Numbered from the stretch's first letter, positions 11,326-23,838 are shown. The stretch is 30,595 nt of DNA from Psammoneis japonica (GCA_008632985.1 QPGO01000055.1:411100-441694), one strand, 5' to 3'. Numbers and translations are program-made. The notes: generated by a model not told the origin, from the sequence alone.

Positions 11326-13580
11326 GTGATCAGAGACCCGCAGAAAAGGCCAAGAGTTGCAGGCCATCGAACCCCACCATCACATGGTGTGCACACGCAC
11401 GCAAACATTGGTTGGCCCCACTCCAGATTGAAGTTGACATTGCTTGTTGCAGGCGCAACATTTTCGTTTGTTTTTGCTGTCCTGATGGCACATTTCGCAC
11501 TCATTGCTCCCAGATGCATTTTGTTCAATGTGCTTTCATTGACTTGCATGCCAACACACCAAGCAACATGGCAGAACTGCTCCTTTGCATCTGAACAACT
11601 TCACTTCATTCCAACTGAAACATGTTCATTTTCACATTGTGCGCGCATTTGCGCTGAAAGTGCAGCATTTCTGTCTTCATGACAAGTGCCAATCATTCAG
11701 CGAAATTTTCATTTTTTTGTTTCCCTTTGTGCAAAAAAAAACCATCCTTGCCGTCGACTCACAATGTTCCTTTTGCAGCATTCATCCGGCCAATCGTGCA
11801 TGGGGCACTTGTCCCCCCTCCACTTGTGATCTGCAGATCCAATCCCCTGTGCATTTTGTGAGTCGGCGCAGAACCACGAAAGTGGCATGACGAGGAGCCC
11901 GTGGATTCTCTGCGCAGGACTGCACGGGTTCTCCACAAATCAATGTTTTAAAGCCCGCTGCGTGCATCATCAAAAGCTGCCAAACAACTCGGCCCCACCA
12001 CGACAATGAAGCGCGATGGCGTTGGTGCTCACCCCGCCTTTTGTGAAGCACGTGTGGCCGCCAAGAAACAACAACCAACAGCAAAAAAAAAGAACAGGCT
12101 CCTTCCTTTTGATGCAAGCGGCAAGTTCGTCATTGGTCGTTGATGTGACTGGCCAGTGAGTTTGCAGCAAAACACACCTTCAGCATGGGACACGCTGCCT
12201 CTGATGACATGCATTCATTGTTGTGGTTGTCTCACATGACTCGTTGGTGATTTTTGCTCTGCGAGACTTGGAAGTCAACCCGAATGTGCCGCGTCATGGT
12301 CATCGTGGTCGACAACTCGAGAGGTTGGCAAAAGCACATTTTCTTCATGCATGAGCCACATGAAAATCATGCAGAATGACGGCTCTTGTTTTTGGATGGA
12401 GGGTCTGTTTAAGTTCAAATGCAGGTGTGCAGCCAAACAAAAAAAAACGTGTGGGGAGCACTCTTTTCAGGCAAGCAAAAAAACACAAAGAGCGGAAAAA
12501 TGCAACTGTCGCTCCGCAAGACTCGAGAAACAACACAAAAAAGTGAGGGCCGGCTTGCAGTGGCATGCAAAGCAGTGCGACCACGGCACGGTGAGTGCAG
12601 GCAAACACACAACACAAAAAACACAACAAAGAATTGCTGCAGCTGTGCCTTGGAGACAGACCAATCTGAGCAAGTGGATGGCTGATGATCAAAAGGCCTT
12701 CAGAGACATCATCAAGGCAAAAGATCGTGTCAAAGAAGAGGCTTTTCTGAGCATCGCACTCACACTTTGTGCAACAAAACAGGCGCGCTGCACAAAAACA
12801 AGTTTCGCTGCGAGTTTTGCTGGGGGATTGATGTGGCAAACGGCCGATTTTCAAAAGTCTGATGGAGGCATCTTCAAGGCAAGAGATCTCGTGTCAAAGA
12901 AGAAGCTTTTCTGAGCGCCGCACTCATGCTTGGCACAAAATGACCAGATGAAGCAGGCAAGCCACAAAAAAAAAAGCTTTGCCACAAGCTTCATTGGAGA
13001 ACCAATGTTGCGCAAGATTCAAAACTCACACCAGCAGTGTGGCCATTTCCAGTGACACAGGGGTGGGACAAGACGAGAGAGTGGCTCTCAGCTCTGGCGG
13101 GTGCTGCAAACGAGCTTGAGAGCATCGCCGACAAGGGGCTCATGCAAAAGGAGGACATCGCAAAGAAAAGAAAGTGCACAAGATGACTCAAGCACTTTGT
13201 GCCAAGCAACTCGTGCCCGGCAAAGGAGGGCGCAGGAGGAGACGACACATGGCGCCAAGGAAGAGCAGCGAGGGAGGGGATGGTTGCTGAGAGCCAACAA
13301 GTTCTTCAAAGAGCCGGTCATGGATTGTTGCCCAACTCGAGCATTCTCACATTGCAGAAGCTGCGCTTTAGACGGCCACTTGAACATTTCGTGTGGGTGC
13401 AAACTTCTTGAATTTTGCCGTGCAGATTGGGAGCATCTCCCTGGATTCGAACCCGCGGACATTTGTTGGAGGTGTGCAACATTTTGTTCGAACCAGCGGA
13501 CATTTGTTGGTTGGTGTGGACATTCATTTGTCATCAATCACGGCTGTTTGTGGCAAACAGTTGTGGCTCGTGTCAAATGG
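11326..13580 (+). repeat. Block B copy 2 (longer form)
   Basis: Starts with the same TGATCAGAGACCCGC junction after satellite 1; has an internal ~75-bp direct repeat (near 12683-12760 and 12846-12927); no recognisable protein. Confidence 0.8.
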
Positions 13581-13582
13581 CC

Positions 13583-14675
13583 ATGATTTGTGATTTTGCA
13601 CCCTTTGTGGCCATTTTGCACCCTTTGTGGCCATTTTGCACCCTTTGCCACTGTTTTGCACCCTTTGTGATTTTGCGCCCTTTGTGATTTTGTGCCCTTT
13701 GCGATTTTGCACCCTTTGTGATTTTGCACCCTTTGTGGTTTTGCACCCTTTGTGGCCATTTTGTGCCCTTTGTGATTTTGCACCCTTTGCAATTTTGCGC
13801 CCTTTGCAGTTTTGCACCCTTTGCCGCCATTTTGCACCCTTTGTGGTTTTGCACCCTTTGTGGCCATTTTGCACCCTTTGCGATTTTGCGCCCTTTGCAA
13901 CTTTGCGCCCTTTGCGATTTTGCACCCTTTGTGATTTTGCACCCTTTGCTGCCATTTTGCGCCCTTTGTGATTTTGCACCCTTTGTGAATTTGCGCCCTT
14001 TGAGATTTTGCACCCTTTGCCGCCATTTTGCACCCTTTGTGACTTTGCGCCCTTTGTGATTTTGCACCCTTTGTGATTTTGCACCCTCTGTGATTTTGCA
14101 CCCTTTGCTGCCATTTTGCGCCCTTTGTGATTTTGCACCCTTTGTGATTTTGCGCCCTTTGCGATTTTGCGCCCTTTGCCGCCATTTTGTGCCCTTTGTG
14201 ATTTTGTGCCCTTTTTGATTTTGCGCCCTCTGCGATTTTGCACCCTCTGTGATTTTGCGCCCTTTGCCGCCATTTTGCGCCCTTTGTGATTTTGCACCCT
14301 TTGTGATTTTGTGCCCTTTGCTGAAATTTTGTGCCCTTGGTGATTTTGAGCCTTTTGCGATTTGCGCCCTTTGTGATTTTGCACCCTTTGCTTCCATTTT
14401 GCGCCCTTTGTGATTTTGCAACCTTTGTGATTTTGCAACCTTTGCCGCCATTTTGCAGCCCATGTGGCTTTGCACCCTTTGCTGCCATTTTGCGCCCCTT
14501 GTGATTTTGAGCCCTTTGCGATTTTGTGCCCTTGGCCACTTTGCACCCTCTGTGATTTTGCACCCTTTGCCGCCATTTTGCACCCTTTGTGATTTTGCGC
14601 CCTTTGTGGTTTTGCACCCTTTGTGGTTTTGCACCCTTTGTGGCCATTTTGCGCCCTTTGTGATTTTGCACCCAT
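13583..14675. repeat. Satellite 1, array 3 (left of MITE insertion)
   Basis: Tandem 17/20-bp units. Confidence 0.95.
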
Positions 14676-15064
14676 GGCGTGTTCCAGGTCTAGGTGAGAC
14701 CTTGCACTGCTGAACTGTGACATCGACAGTTTTTTGAATCACGTCGCATGTTGCGCACGCAGATTTCTGCGTGATTTTTTTGACATTTTGTGTCATTTCA
14801 TGGTTCACTCATTGAGCGATCGTCCAAAAACTTTTGACATTCATTGTTGCAGCGCGATTCTACAATGTCTCAAGAGCTGTGCAGGGCAGGTGCATTTGCA
14901 AAAACGTTGAGTGGCGAGAGGCACAATTGCACCACAAACTTGGCCATTTGTTTGATGTTGAAGACAAGTGCATCCATCAATTAAATTCTCACACTGTGGA
15001 GCTCGCACGCAGAATTCCATGGGCCCAATGTCACACGGAGTCCCACCTGGGGCTGGAACGCACC
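14676..15064 (+). mobile_element. MITE family A, full copy inserted in satellite 1
   Basis: TIRs GGCGTGTTCCAGGTCTAGGTGAGAC ... GTCCCACCTGGGGCTGGAACGCACC; CCAT duplicated (14672-14675, 15065-15068); removal restores a 17-bp satellite unit. Confidence 0.9.
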
Positions 15065-15530
15065 CCATTGTGATTTTGCGCCCTTTGTGATTTTGCACCC
15101 TTTGCCGCCATTTTGCACCCTTTGTGATTTTGCGCCCTTTGCAATTTTGCACCCTTTTTGATTTTGCGCCCTTTGCAACTTTGCGCCCTTTGCGATTTTG
15201 CACCCTTTGTGATTTTGCACCCTTTGCTGCCATTTTGCGCCCACTGTGATTTTGCGCCCTTTTCGATTTTGCACCCTCTGTGATTTTGCACCCTTTGCCG
15301 CCATTTTGTGCCCTTTGTGATTTTGCGCCCTTTGCGACTTTGCACCCTTTGCCGCCATTTTGCGCCCTTTGTGATTTTGTGCCCTTTGCAATTTTGCACC
15401 CTTTGTGGTTTTGCACCCTTTGCAGCCATTTTGAACCCTTTGTGATTTTGCGCCCTCTGCAATTTTGCACCCTCTGTGATTTTGCACCCTTTGCCGCCAT
15501 TTTGCGCCCTTTGTGATTTTGTGCCCTTTG
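15065..15530. repeat. Satellite 1, array 3 (right of MITE insertion)
   Basis: Tandem 17/20-bp units; abuts satellite 2 directly. Confidence 0.95.
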
Positions 15531-16107
15531 CATGTTTGTTTTCATTGAAAAGACATGTTTGATTTCCTTGAAACGACATGTTTGTTTTCCTTGAAACGAC
15601 ATGTTTGTTTTCCTTGAAAAGACACATTTGTTTTCCTCAAAACGACATGTTTGTTTTCCTTGAAATGGCATTTTTGTTTTCCTTTAATCGACATGTTTGT
15701 TTTCCTTGAAACCACATGTTTGTTTTCCTTGAAATGACACGTTTGTTTTCCTTGAAACGACATGTTTGTTTTCATTGAAAAGACATGTTTGTTTTCTTTG
15801 AAACGAAATGTTTGTTTTCCTTGAAAAGACATGTTTGTTTTCCTTGAAAAGACATGTTTGTTTTCTTTGAAACAACATGTTTGTTTTCCTTGAAACGACA
15901 TGTTTGTTTTCATTGAAAAGACATGTTTGATTTCCTTGAAACAACATGTTTGTTTTCCTTGAAACGACATGTTTGTTTTCCTTGAAAAGACACATTTGTT
16001 TTCCTTGAAACAACATGTTTGTTTTCCTTGAAATGGTGTGTTTGTTTTCCTTGAAACAACATGTTTGCTTTCCTTGAAAACACACATTTGTTTTCCTTGA
16101 AATGACA
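15531..16107 (+). repeat. Satellite 2 (23-bp CATGTTTGTTTTCCTTGAAAAGA)
   Basis: Tandem 23-bp units. Confidence 0.96.
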
Positions 16108-16296
16108 GACGCATTCCAGGTCTAGGTGGGACCTTGCACTGCTGAACTGTGACATCGACAGTTTTTTGAATTGCGTCGTGTGTCGCGCACGCACATTTCT
16201 GCGTGACTGTGGCGAAATTTTGTGTGATTTTACACTGCAATTGTCAGGCCATGCATTGATCAACTTTTGGCATTTTTTTCTTCTGCGCCATTCTCG
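16108..16296 (+). mobile_element. MITE family A, truncated copy (left end only)
   Basis: GACGCATTCCAGGTCTAGGTGGGACC followed by family A internal sequence; satellite 2 on both sides. Confidence 0.8.
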
Positions 16297-16393
16297 CTCC
16301 TTGAAAAGACATGTTTGTTTTTTCTGAAACCACATGTTTGTTTTCCTTGAAACGACACGTTTGTTTTCCTTGAAAAGACGTGTTTGTTTTCCT
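16297..16393 (+). repeat. Satellite 2, short array
   Basis: About four 23-bp units. Confidence 0.9.
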
Positions 16394-17355
16394 GCCAGTG
16401 AGTGATCCCGAGAACGACGCATGCGAACAACACGACTTTCACATTCGCTGCCATGGGGCCAACGCTGTTGCTCCGGATTGGGACATTTTGAATGAGATCC
16501 TCCACACCCAGCAAGCTTTGACGCAGCTGTCGGATGCAGCCGATCTTGCTCTGCCTCCAGTGCGATGGGCAAAAGGACATCAAAACAGGCAATCTCCCGT
16601 CCACTCATTGCCGTCAAATGCCAGAGTTAACATCCGAGTGGACAAATTGGCAGGAGCTTGCCAAGGACATTGCCTGCATGACACGAATCAGGTCAAGCAC
16701 CTGCCACATTGCCACTCGCATCTGGAGATCGACGGGGGTGCAATCACGATGAATTGCAAGAAACAAATTCGGTGCGCTGCTGCTGCTCCTGAATTGATGC
16801 AACATGTTGTCGAACGGAACAGATGGGATCCTTCAGCGGCTGACCTTGTTGGCTGGAATGCTCGCGCGGCTCTGGTGAAACGTCACTCACAACAGCATGT
16901 TGACACAGTCAAACTGGTCCATGACTTGCTGCCGACTGACAAGATTGCAAATCAACACAACCCAGTTCGACCGCGCCAATGCATCACATGCGAGCATCCG
17001 ATGGAAGACAGGGACCACATGCTTCGGTGTCCAAACAACGAACAGTGGAGAAGGAAGTTCCTGCAGGGTCTTTGATGCTGCTGCGACAAGATCGATGCTG
17101 TGCCTGCTCTCCGAGACTTCCTCCTGGACATGCTTCAAGCCTGGTTTGATGACGAAATGACGTGCTTCGACAATGTGGACTGTCGATGCAAGGAACTTTG
17201 GCGAGCTCAATTGGATGTTGGTTGGAGACAGGTTTTCAACGGCAGATGCTCGCACATGTGGAATCTTTTACAATCCGGACACCTGCGCGATTCTGGCATT
17301 CTACGACAATGTCAGGAAGAAAACAAACAGCCACCAGATTGGACGGTTCAGATCG
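16394..17355 (+). mobile_element. Non-LTR (LINE, Ambal-like) retrotransposon 3' fragment: RNase H end plus CCHC zinc finger
   Basis: PDWDIL...WAKGHQN...NIRVDKLA (RNase H C-terminus), CITCEHPMEDRDHMLRC (C-x2-C-x8-H-x3-C), QLDVGWRQVFNGRCSHMW; stop at 17073-17075. Confidence 0.8.
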
Positions 17356-17365
17356 GGTCTTTCAA

Positions 17366-17663
17366 TGTGTTTGTCTTCAACATCAAACAAACGGCCAAGT
17401 TTGTGGCACAATCATGCCTCTTGCCACTCAACATTTTTGCAAATGCACCTGCCCTGCACGATTCTTAAGACATTGTAGAATCGCGCTGCAACAAAAAATG
17501 TCAAAAGTTGTTGGATGGATCGCTCAACAAGTGCACCGTAAAATGACACAAAATGTCAAAAAAATCACGCAGAAATCTGCGTGCGCGACATGCGACGTGA
17601 TTCAAAAAACTGTCGATGTCACAGTTCAGCAGTGCGAGGTCCCACCTGGACCTGGAACGTGTC
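17366..17663 (-). mobile_element. MITE family A, truncated copy
   Basis: Reverse complement of 2969 to ~3265; ends GTCCCACCTGGACCTGGAACGTGTC. Confidence 0.85.
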
Positions 17664-17806
17664 AAACATGTCATTCAAAGGAAAACAAACATGTTGTTTC
17701 AAAGAAAACAAACGTGTCTTTTCAAGGAAAACAAACGCGTTGTTTCAAGGAAAACAAACATGTCTTTTTGACAAAAACAAACATGTCTTTTCAAGAAAAA
17801 CAAACA
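17664..17806 (-). repeat. Satellite 2, inverted short array
   Basis: TCAAGGAAAACAAACATG units. Confidence 0.9.
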
Positions 17807-18733
17807 ACTTGGAGCACGCCAAGAAAGCCTTGATGACAGTTGGCCGTTTTGGCATTTAACTCAGGTGAGCCATCCAGTTCAGGCCTGTTTCCCAAGCTCA
17901 AGGGCGTCGACGCATTTGTCGGAAGACACCTGTCAATTTGCTTGAGCTCCAACTCAACATCAGCCAATGCCCATTTGACTCAAAGGTCAGAGGACATGGC
18001 CCAGCGTGCCTTGCTTTCCAAGTCAGACAACTGGCACTTTCTGATCTGGGTGCCCAAGTGCTCCTCCGGCTCGCGAACACTTCTGTCCGTGAGCGTGCAC
18101 CCAGTGCTCACTCAACCCATGATCTTGAAGTTGCGGACCCCTGCCTGGGCGTCACTCTGAGGGTGTTCTTGGCAGCCGTCAGACCAATGATCCACCTCTT
18201 GGAGAGCATCTCTGGCGTGACAGTTGATGCACGACTCAAGGTCAACAGTGCATGCACCCCTTTCCACTTGGCACAATCCAGGTGGACGTCCAGATTGTTC
18301 CGTTCATGTGGCCGGTCTCCCCCAGTGTCATTGTGAGATGCGCTGGCCTGAGCAGCCAAGCAGCGATGCAGAGAATCGTCGTCATTTGCACCCACAATGA
18401 CGCTCTCATTGTGATGGGATGTCTGACACGAACAAGCCGAAGCAATGCACCTGGTTGCACTCATCATTGTCACCCTGATTTTCAAGTCAAGGAAAACAAC
18501 AGAGTGCATGCTGTTGGGATCAAACTGGCGAGGGGTGTCGTGGACAGTTGGCTCACTTGCTCACAGTTGGCTGGGGCACAGCAGGGTGTCAGTCATTCTT
18601 TCCCTGAAAAAAACAGCCTTGTGGGCTGGCAGTGGGCGTGGCTGTCCATTGGCTGGATCAACCCACATGGCAGCAGCCACACAAATGGGGACATTCCTCA
18701 TTGGCGCACACTCTTCGGAGCAAGGATGCACTG
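17807..18733 (-). mobile_element. Ty1/copia (CoDi-like) deletion derivative: protease/pre-integrase piece fused to an RT piece
   Basis: 18130-18733 is homologous to ~21713-22510. Minus-strand 17807-18120 translates as ...CTLTDRSVREPEEHLGTQI...WAMSSDL*VK...TPLSLGNRPELDGSPELNAKTANCHQGFLGVL, matching copia RT (YLG, YRPELD, YYQ..IG). Confidence 0.85.
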
Positions 18734-18734
18734 C

Positions 18735-19347
18735 AGCCCGAGACTTCAGGCAGTGTTGAAGAGAACGGGCACGCAGGCAGTGCATGGTGTGCTGAAACCA
18801 GAAGAGGAGAAGGTGGCTGGAAATGATCTCTTTCCACAGGTGAAGTTTCTCAGCCCGTCAGAATTGGCAAGCAATGGGAGCATCTCAATGTTTGTCAAGA
18901 AACAGATTGCTGGTGGCAACATGGACACTTCAAATTGGTCAGGAACTTGGGAGGAATGGGCAAAAAAGGTGGCAAAAAGGCAGGTTGACAATCTCAGAAA
19001 CACGGTGTGTTCGGCTGTTGGGGCGGAGGCAATGGCCCGCAAGTTGGGTGACCAATGTGTGTGACTCGAGAGTTGCGCGCATCTCACAAGAAGATGACAG
19101 TGATGCTTTGTCTGTGCAGGCTTGTCACCAAGGAAGAGGGAAAGGAAAAAGAAAAGAAACTCAAGGCGGCAGTCAAGAGGAAAAAGCAAGGCAGGAAAAA
19201 GTCAAGCCATGACAAGAATGAAAAGAAAGACATCCCGATTGTGCCGACATGGGATCCGCCCAGCCCAGACACTGTGGCCGGCAGCAAATGAAGGAACAAG
19301 CAGGCACGCAAGCGGTTCTGTGATCACACCCCTGTTTGCAAAAATTG
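18735..19347 (+). pseudogene. 5'-truncated copy of the unknown two-exon gene at 29439
   Basis: RLQAVLKR...LFPQVKFL...WEEWAKK...LRN, an intron-like segment, then KEEGKEKEKK; internal TGA near 19288. Confidence 0.6.
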
Positions 19348-19593
19348 ACAAACCAAGGATTGTGCGGCAATGCAATCACAGATTGGCACATGGCAACAAG
19401 GTGGAGGCAGAAATGGCGATGTGGACACAGTGAAAAATGGCACACATGATTCTCAACAAGTTGTTGTGACATTGGCACAGCAAACTTGCAACCAGTGGTT
19501 GGCCTGTCATTGTGCGACAACACTTTTTTGCAACATTTTGACAAATTGTCGTCATGCAAATCCACACATTTTTAACATTTCGTGCACTCTGAT

Positions 19594-20460
19594 GCGTGTG
19601 TTGTGCACAGCATCATCACACAGCATTTGTCCAACTCTCCCTCTCATTGCAGGATGGGTTGTTGCCATGTGGCGCATCTGCACAGTGGACTTGCGAATTT
19701 GACCATGCACTCCCTCTGTCAGGCAGGATGGGTTGGTGCCATGTGGCGCATCCGGCCAAGGGAGGAGTGGGTTCAAAGCCCAGCCGCCCACCCCGGATGG
19801 GGTTGGAAAGGGGCAGGCCGAGAAAGAAAAGGAGGCTTGGATTTGAGGCCAATTCGAGCCAGCGACCTCAGGAAGCACAAAGACTCACAACCACTCAGAA
19901 CGCTGCACACTGTCCTGGCGAGTGCAGGAGGTTCTCAACAACCCAAGAGGCAAAGAAGTTGCCACTCGGCTGGCTGTTGAGTCCCTTCTCCGCGCACACA
20001 TTTGGGCGTGTGTTGTGCACAGCATCGTCACACAGCATTTGTCCAACTGTCCCTCTTGTTGCAGGGTGGGTTGTCACCATGTGGCGCATCCGCACGGAGG
20101 ACTCATGAATTTGACCATGCACTCCCCATGTTGGCAGGATGGGCCAGCGCCATGTGGCGCATCCGGCCAAGGGAGGAGCGGGCTCAAAGCCCAGCCGCCC
20201 ACCCTGGATGGGGTTGGAAAGGGGCAGGCTGAGAAAGAAAAGGAGGCTTGGATTTGAGGCTGATTCAAGCCAGCGACCTCAGGAAGCGCAAAGACTCACA
20301 ACCACTCAGAGCACTGCACACTGTCCTGGCGAGTGCAGGAGGTTCTCAACAACCCAAGAGGCAAAGAAGTTGCCACTCAGCCAGCTGTTGAGCCCCTTCT
20401 CCGCACACACATTCAGGCATGTGTTGTGCACAGCATCATCACACAGCATTTGTCCAACTG
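19594..20460 (+). repeat. ~412-bp tandem repeat (about 2.1 units)
   Basis: GCRTGTGTTGTGCACAGCATC starts at 19594, 20006 and 20417. Confidence 0.9.
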
Positions 20461-21148
20461 AACATGTCCTTTCAAGGAAAACAAGCATGTTTTCCTTGAA
20501 AAGACATGTTTGTTTTCCTTAAAAAGACATGTTTGTTTTCAGGACATGTTTGTTTTCATTGAAAAGACATGTTCGTTTTCCTTGAAACCACATGTTCGTT
20601 TTCCTTGAAACAACACGTTTGTTTTCCTTGAAAAGACACATTTTTTTCCTTGAAACGACACGTTTGTTTTCCTTGAAAAGACATGTTTGTTTTCCTTGAA
20701 ACGACATGTTTGTTTTCCTTGAAAAGATGTGTTTGTTTTCCCTGAAAAGACACACTTGTTTTCCTTGAAAACACATGTTTGTTTTCCTTGAAACAACATG
20801 CTTGTTTTCCTTGAAAAGACATGTTTGTTTTCCTTAAAAAGACATGTTTGTTTTCAAGACATGTTTGTTTTCATTGAAAAGACATGTTTGTTTTCCTTGA
20901 AACCACATGTTTGTTTTCCTTGAAATGACACGTTTGTTTTCCCTGAAACGACGTGTTTGTTTTCTTTGAAATGACATGTTTGTTTTCCTTGAAATGACAT
21001 GTTTGTTTTCATTGAAAAGACATGTTTGTTTTCCTTGAAAACACACGTTTGTTTTCCTTGAAACGACATGTTTGTTTTCCTTGAAAAGACATTTTTTTCC
21101 CCTTGAAACGACATGTTTGTTTTCCTTGAAAAGACATGTTTGTTTTCA
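20461..21148 (+). repeat. Satellite 2 array
   Basis: Tandem 23-bp units. Confidence 0.96.
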
Positions 21149-23332
21149 CCAATCAAAGAGAGAGAGGGAAGAGATGTCGGGTGTTGAACCTGTCACCTCC
21201 TCTTCTGGGACTCGTCCTCCCATGTCTGACACACTGGCTGCAATCATGCATCGGATGTCACATGCCCATTTGGCACTGTGTGACCAAAGTCGTCTGTGAG
21301 CGCCAGTCCAGCGCAGAGTCACACGGACTCTTTTCTTCAACTCACGAATGGATGCCTCGGCCAGGTTCTGCCAGGGGCTGCATGGAGTGAACACCTCCTG
21401 GTGCATCCTGCATTCCTTGCAGATCTCCTTGGTCTGGCCTTCTGCCATTTCCGGCGCGCCATCCGACACAAGGACCTGCGGTGTGCCAACGTCATGCACA
21501 AATGACATGACGGCATCTGGGTGGTCCTGTTTCCTCTTCCAAGGATGGAACCTGTCACACCCTCTTCCGTTGGCAAGTGCGCTTCCTCCCATCTTGCCAT
21601 GTGTCGATTTGACCTTTGAAAACATCTGGTCGGAGTGGAGTCGTCCCTTGACAGCAGGGAACTTGAGCCAAGGGGCTTTCTTCCGGACTTTCCGTTCGGA
21701 TGGTGTGCAGACATTGCGGACCCCTGCCTGGGTCATCACTCTGATGGTGTTCTCAGCAGCCGTCAGGCCAATGTTCCACCTTTTAGAGAGTGTCTTGGGC
21801 GCGACAGTTGATGCACGACTCAAGGTCGACAGTGCATGCACCCGTTTCCGCTCGGCACAATCCAGGTGGACATCCAGGTCATGCCGGTCGTGTGGCCCCT
21901 CTCCCTCAGTGTCGTTGTGGGAGACATTCGCCTGAGCAACCATGCGGCGATGCAATGAATTGTCGTCATCAGTGTCCACAATGACGCTCTCGTCATGACA
22001 GGACATTTGGTTTGAATGAATGGAAGCAACACACCTGGCCACATTCATTGTCGTCGACCATCCGCCCGACTTTGCTGATCCTTGGCGCACACTGGCACAT
22101 GCACGCGCTTCCTCCTTTTGCGCCATGGCATCAGCAGAAGGCTCCCATCTCGGGGGTGATGTGAGTTCCAGCCAGGGGAGGTTCTCCAGATCCTCATTTG
22201 TTGGCTCGTGTGAATCAAAGACAGAAGCAACGCCTCTTGTTCGCAGCGGCACCCTGATCTTCAAGTCAGGGAAAGCAGTGGAGTGCGTGCCAGTCGGATC
22301 AAACTGGCAAGGGGTGTCGTGGACAATCAGCCCATTTGCTCGCAGTTGGTTGGGGCACAGAAGGGTGTTGGTCATCTTGTCCCCAAAAAACATGGCCTCG
22401 TGGACTGGCAGCAAGCGCGGCTGTCCATCAGTTGGATCAACCCACACGGCAGCAGCCATGCAAACAGGAGTGTTTTCCATTGGCGCGTGCTCTTCGGAGT
22501 GGGGGTGCACCACGACAGTTCTGTCGATGTCAGAGCACATCACAAAATTGGACCCAACAGCACACGTGTCAGCGCGCGAGTCTAAGTCAGTGGTGGCTTC
22601 GTCATCTGAATTTCCAGCAGATGACAAAGAGACACGCACATCCTTTGAGAATCACCCAGACAAACAAACAGTGCCAGCAGGTTTGGCGACATTTGGTTCT
22701 GTGCCTTTCAGTGCTGGCGCAACTGTTCATTCCTCATTCTGAGGTTTCTCATGTGCGCTGCATCCAAACTGGGTGCCTGCATTGGCGGCAGGTTCATCAG
22801 GCTCGTCGGAGTCTTTCGGTGCATCAGCAGGTTGAGTGGCAGGCTCGGCAACAGCCGCTTTCTTTACAGCGAGAGTTTCGGCATCGACCGACTCAGCTTC
22901 CAAGGACACAGCAGCAGCTTTGCATTTCTTTTTGGCCTTCTTGGCGTCGCGGAGCTTTTGGACTTGCTCTTGCTCGGGACCGTCAAGAGCACTCCGGTCA
23001 GAGATGCCCTTCAGAAAGTCAGAGACCTTCTTGGTCTCGGCCACCAGTTCATCAAGCTCAGACAAGTCGTTGCGAGCCTTTTGATGACGCTGAATGTGCT
23101 GGTCAAATGCAAATCGACCCCGTCCGGTGCAATTCGCGGCAGCAATCTGTGCATGAGCACGGTTCTTTTGGGTGGTGGTGGCAGCTGATCCTTCCGCCTG
23201 CCTCTCAAGTGCAAAGAAAGCAGTGCGACCATCGCGGCTGCGATTGGAAGGTTTGACAAAAGCCCATCCGGGCCCCCCCCCATCACTGACTTCTTCAGGA
23301 GATCATGCAGACGTTGCCTGTCCTGCGCATGC
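21149..23332 (-). mobile_element. Ty1/copia (CoDi-like) fragment: gag, protease, integrase; no RT or LTR
   Basis: Gag PGWAFVK...DGRTAFFALERQAEG...ETKKVSDFLKGISD...NAGTQFG; protease DLDSRADTCAVGSN; TLLCPNQLRANG; LSKRWNIGL; integrase LHSDQMF...DVGTPQVLVSDGA...PCSPWQNLAEASIRELK...TPDIS; cut by satellite 2 on the left and the LINE duplicate on the right. Confidence 0.92.
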
Positions 23333-23838
23333 TGGCTGGAATGCTCGTGCGGCTCTGGTGAAACGTCACTCACAACAGCATGTTGACACAGTCAAACTGG
23401 TCCATGACTTGCTGCCGACTGACAAGATCGCAAATCAACACAACCCAGTTCGACCGCGCCAATGCATCACATGTGAGCATCCGATGGAAGACAGGGACCA
23501 CATGCTTTGGTGTCCAAACAACGAACAGTGGAGAAGGAAGTTCCTGCAGGGTCTTTGATGCTGCTGCGACAAGATCGATGCTGTGCCTGCTCTCCGAGAC
23601 TTCCTCCTGGACATGCTTCAAGCCTGGTTTGATGACGAAATGACGTGCTTCGACAATGTGGGCTGTCGATGCAAGGAACTTTGGTGAGCTCAATTGGGCG
23701 TTGGTTGGAGACAGGTTTTCAATGGCAGATGCTCGCACATGTGGAATCTTTTGCAATCCGGACACCTGCGTGATTCTGGCATTCTACGACAATGTCAGGA
23801 AGAAAACAAACAGCCACCAGATTGGACGGTTCAGATCG
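23333..23838 (+). mobile_element. LINE 3' fragment (duplicate)
   Basis: CITCEHPMEDRDHMLWC zinc finger; copy of 16850-17355. Confidence 0.8.

Larger units (their letters stand above)
16850..20467 (+). repeat. Segmental duplication, copy 1 (~3.6 kb)
   Basis: Near-identical to 23333-26979 (offset 6483, then ~6510): LINE end, MITE A, satellite 2, copia relic, gene fragment, 412-bp tandem. Confidence 0.95.

Noticed and set aside
13430..13510. tRNA gene or SINE (minus-strand GGTTCGAATCC)
   Set aside because: Only a B-box/T-loop-like motif in a 41-bp duplication; I could not fold an acceptor, D or anticodon arm.
19594..20460. 412-bp repeats as LTRs of the neighbouring copia
   Set aside because: They are tandem; I saw no TG...CA ends with PBS or PPT, and they do not flank the copia coding region.
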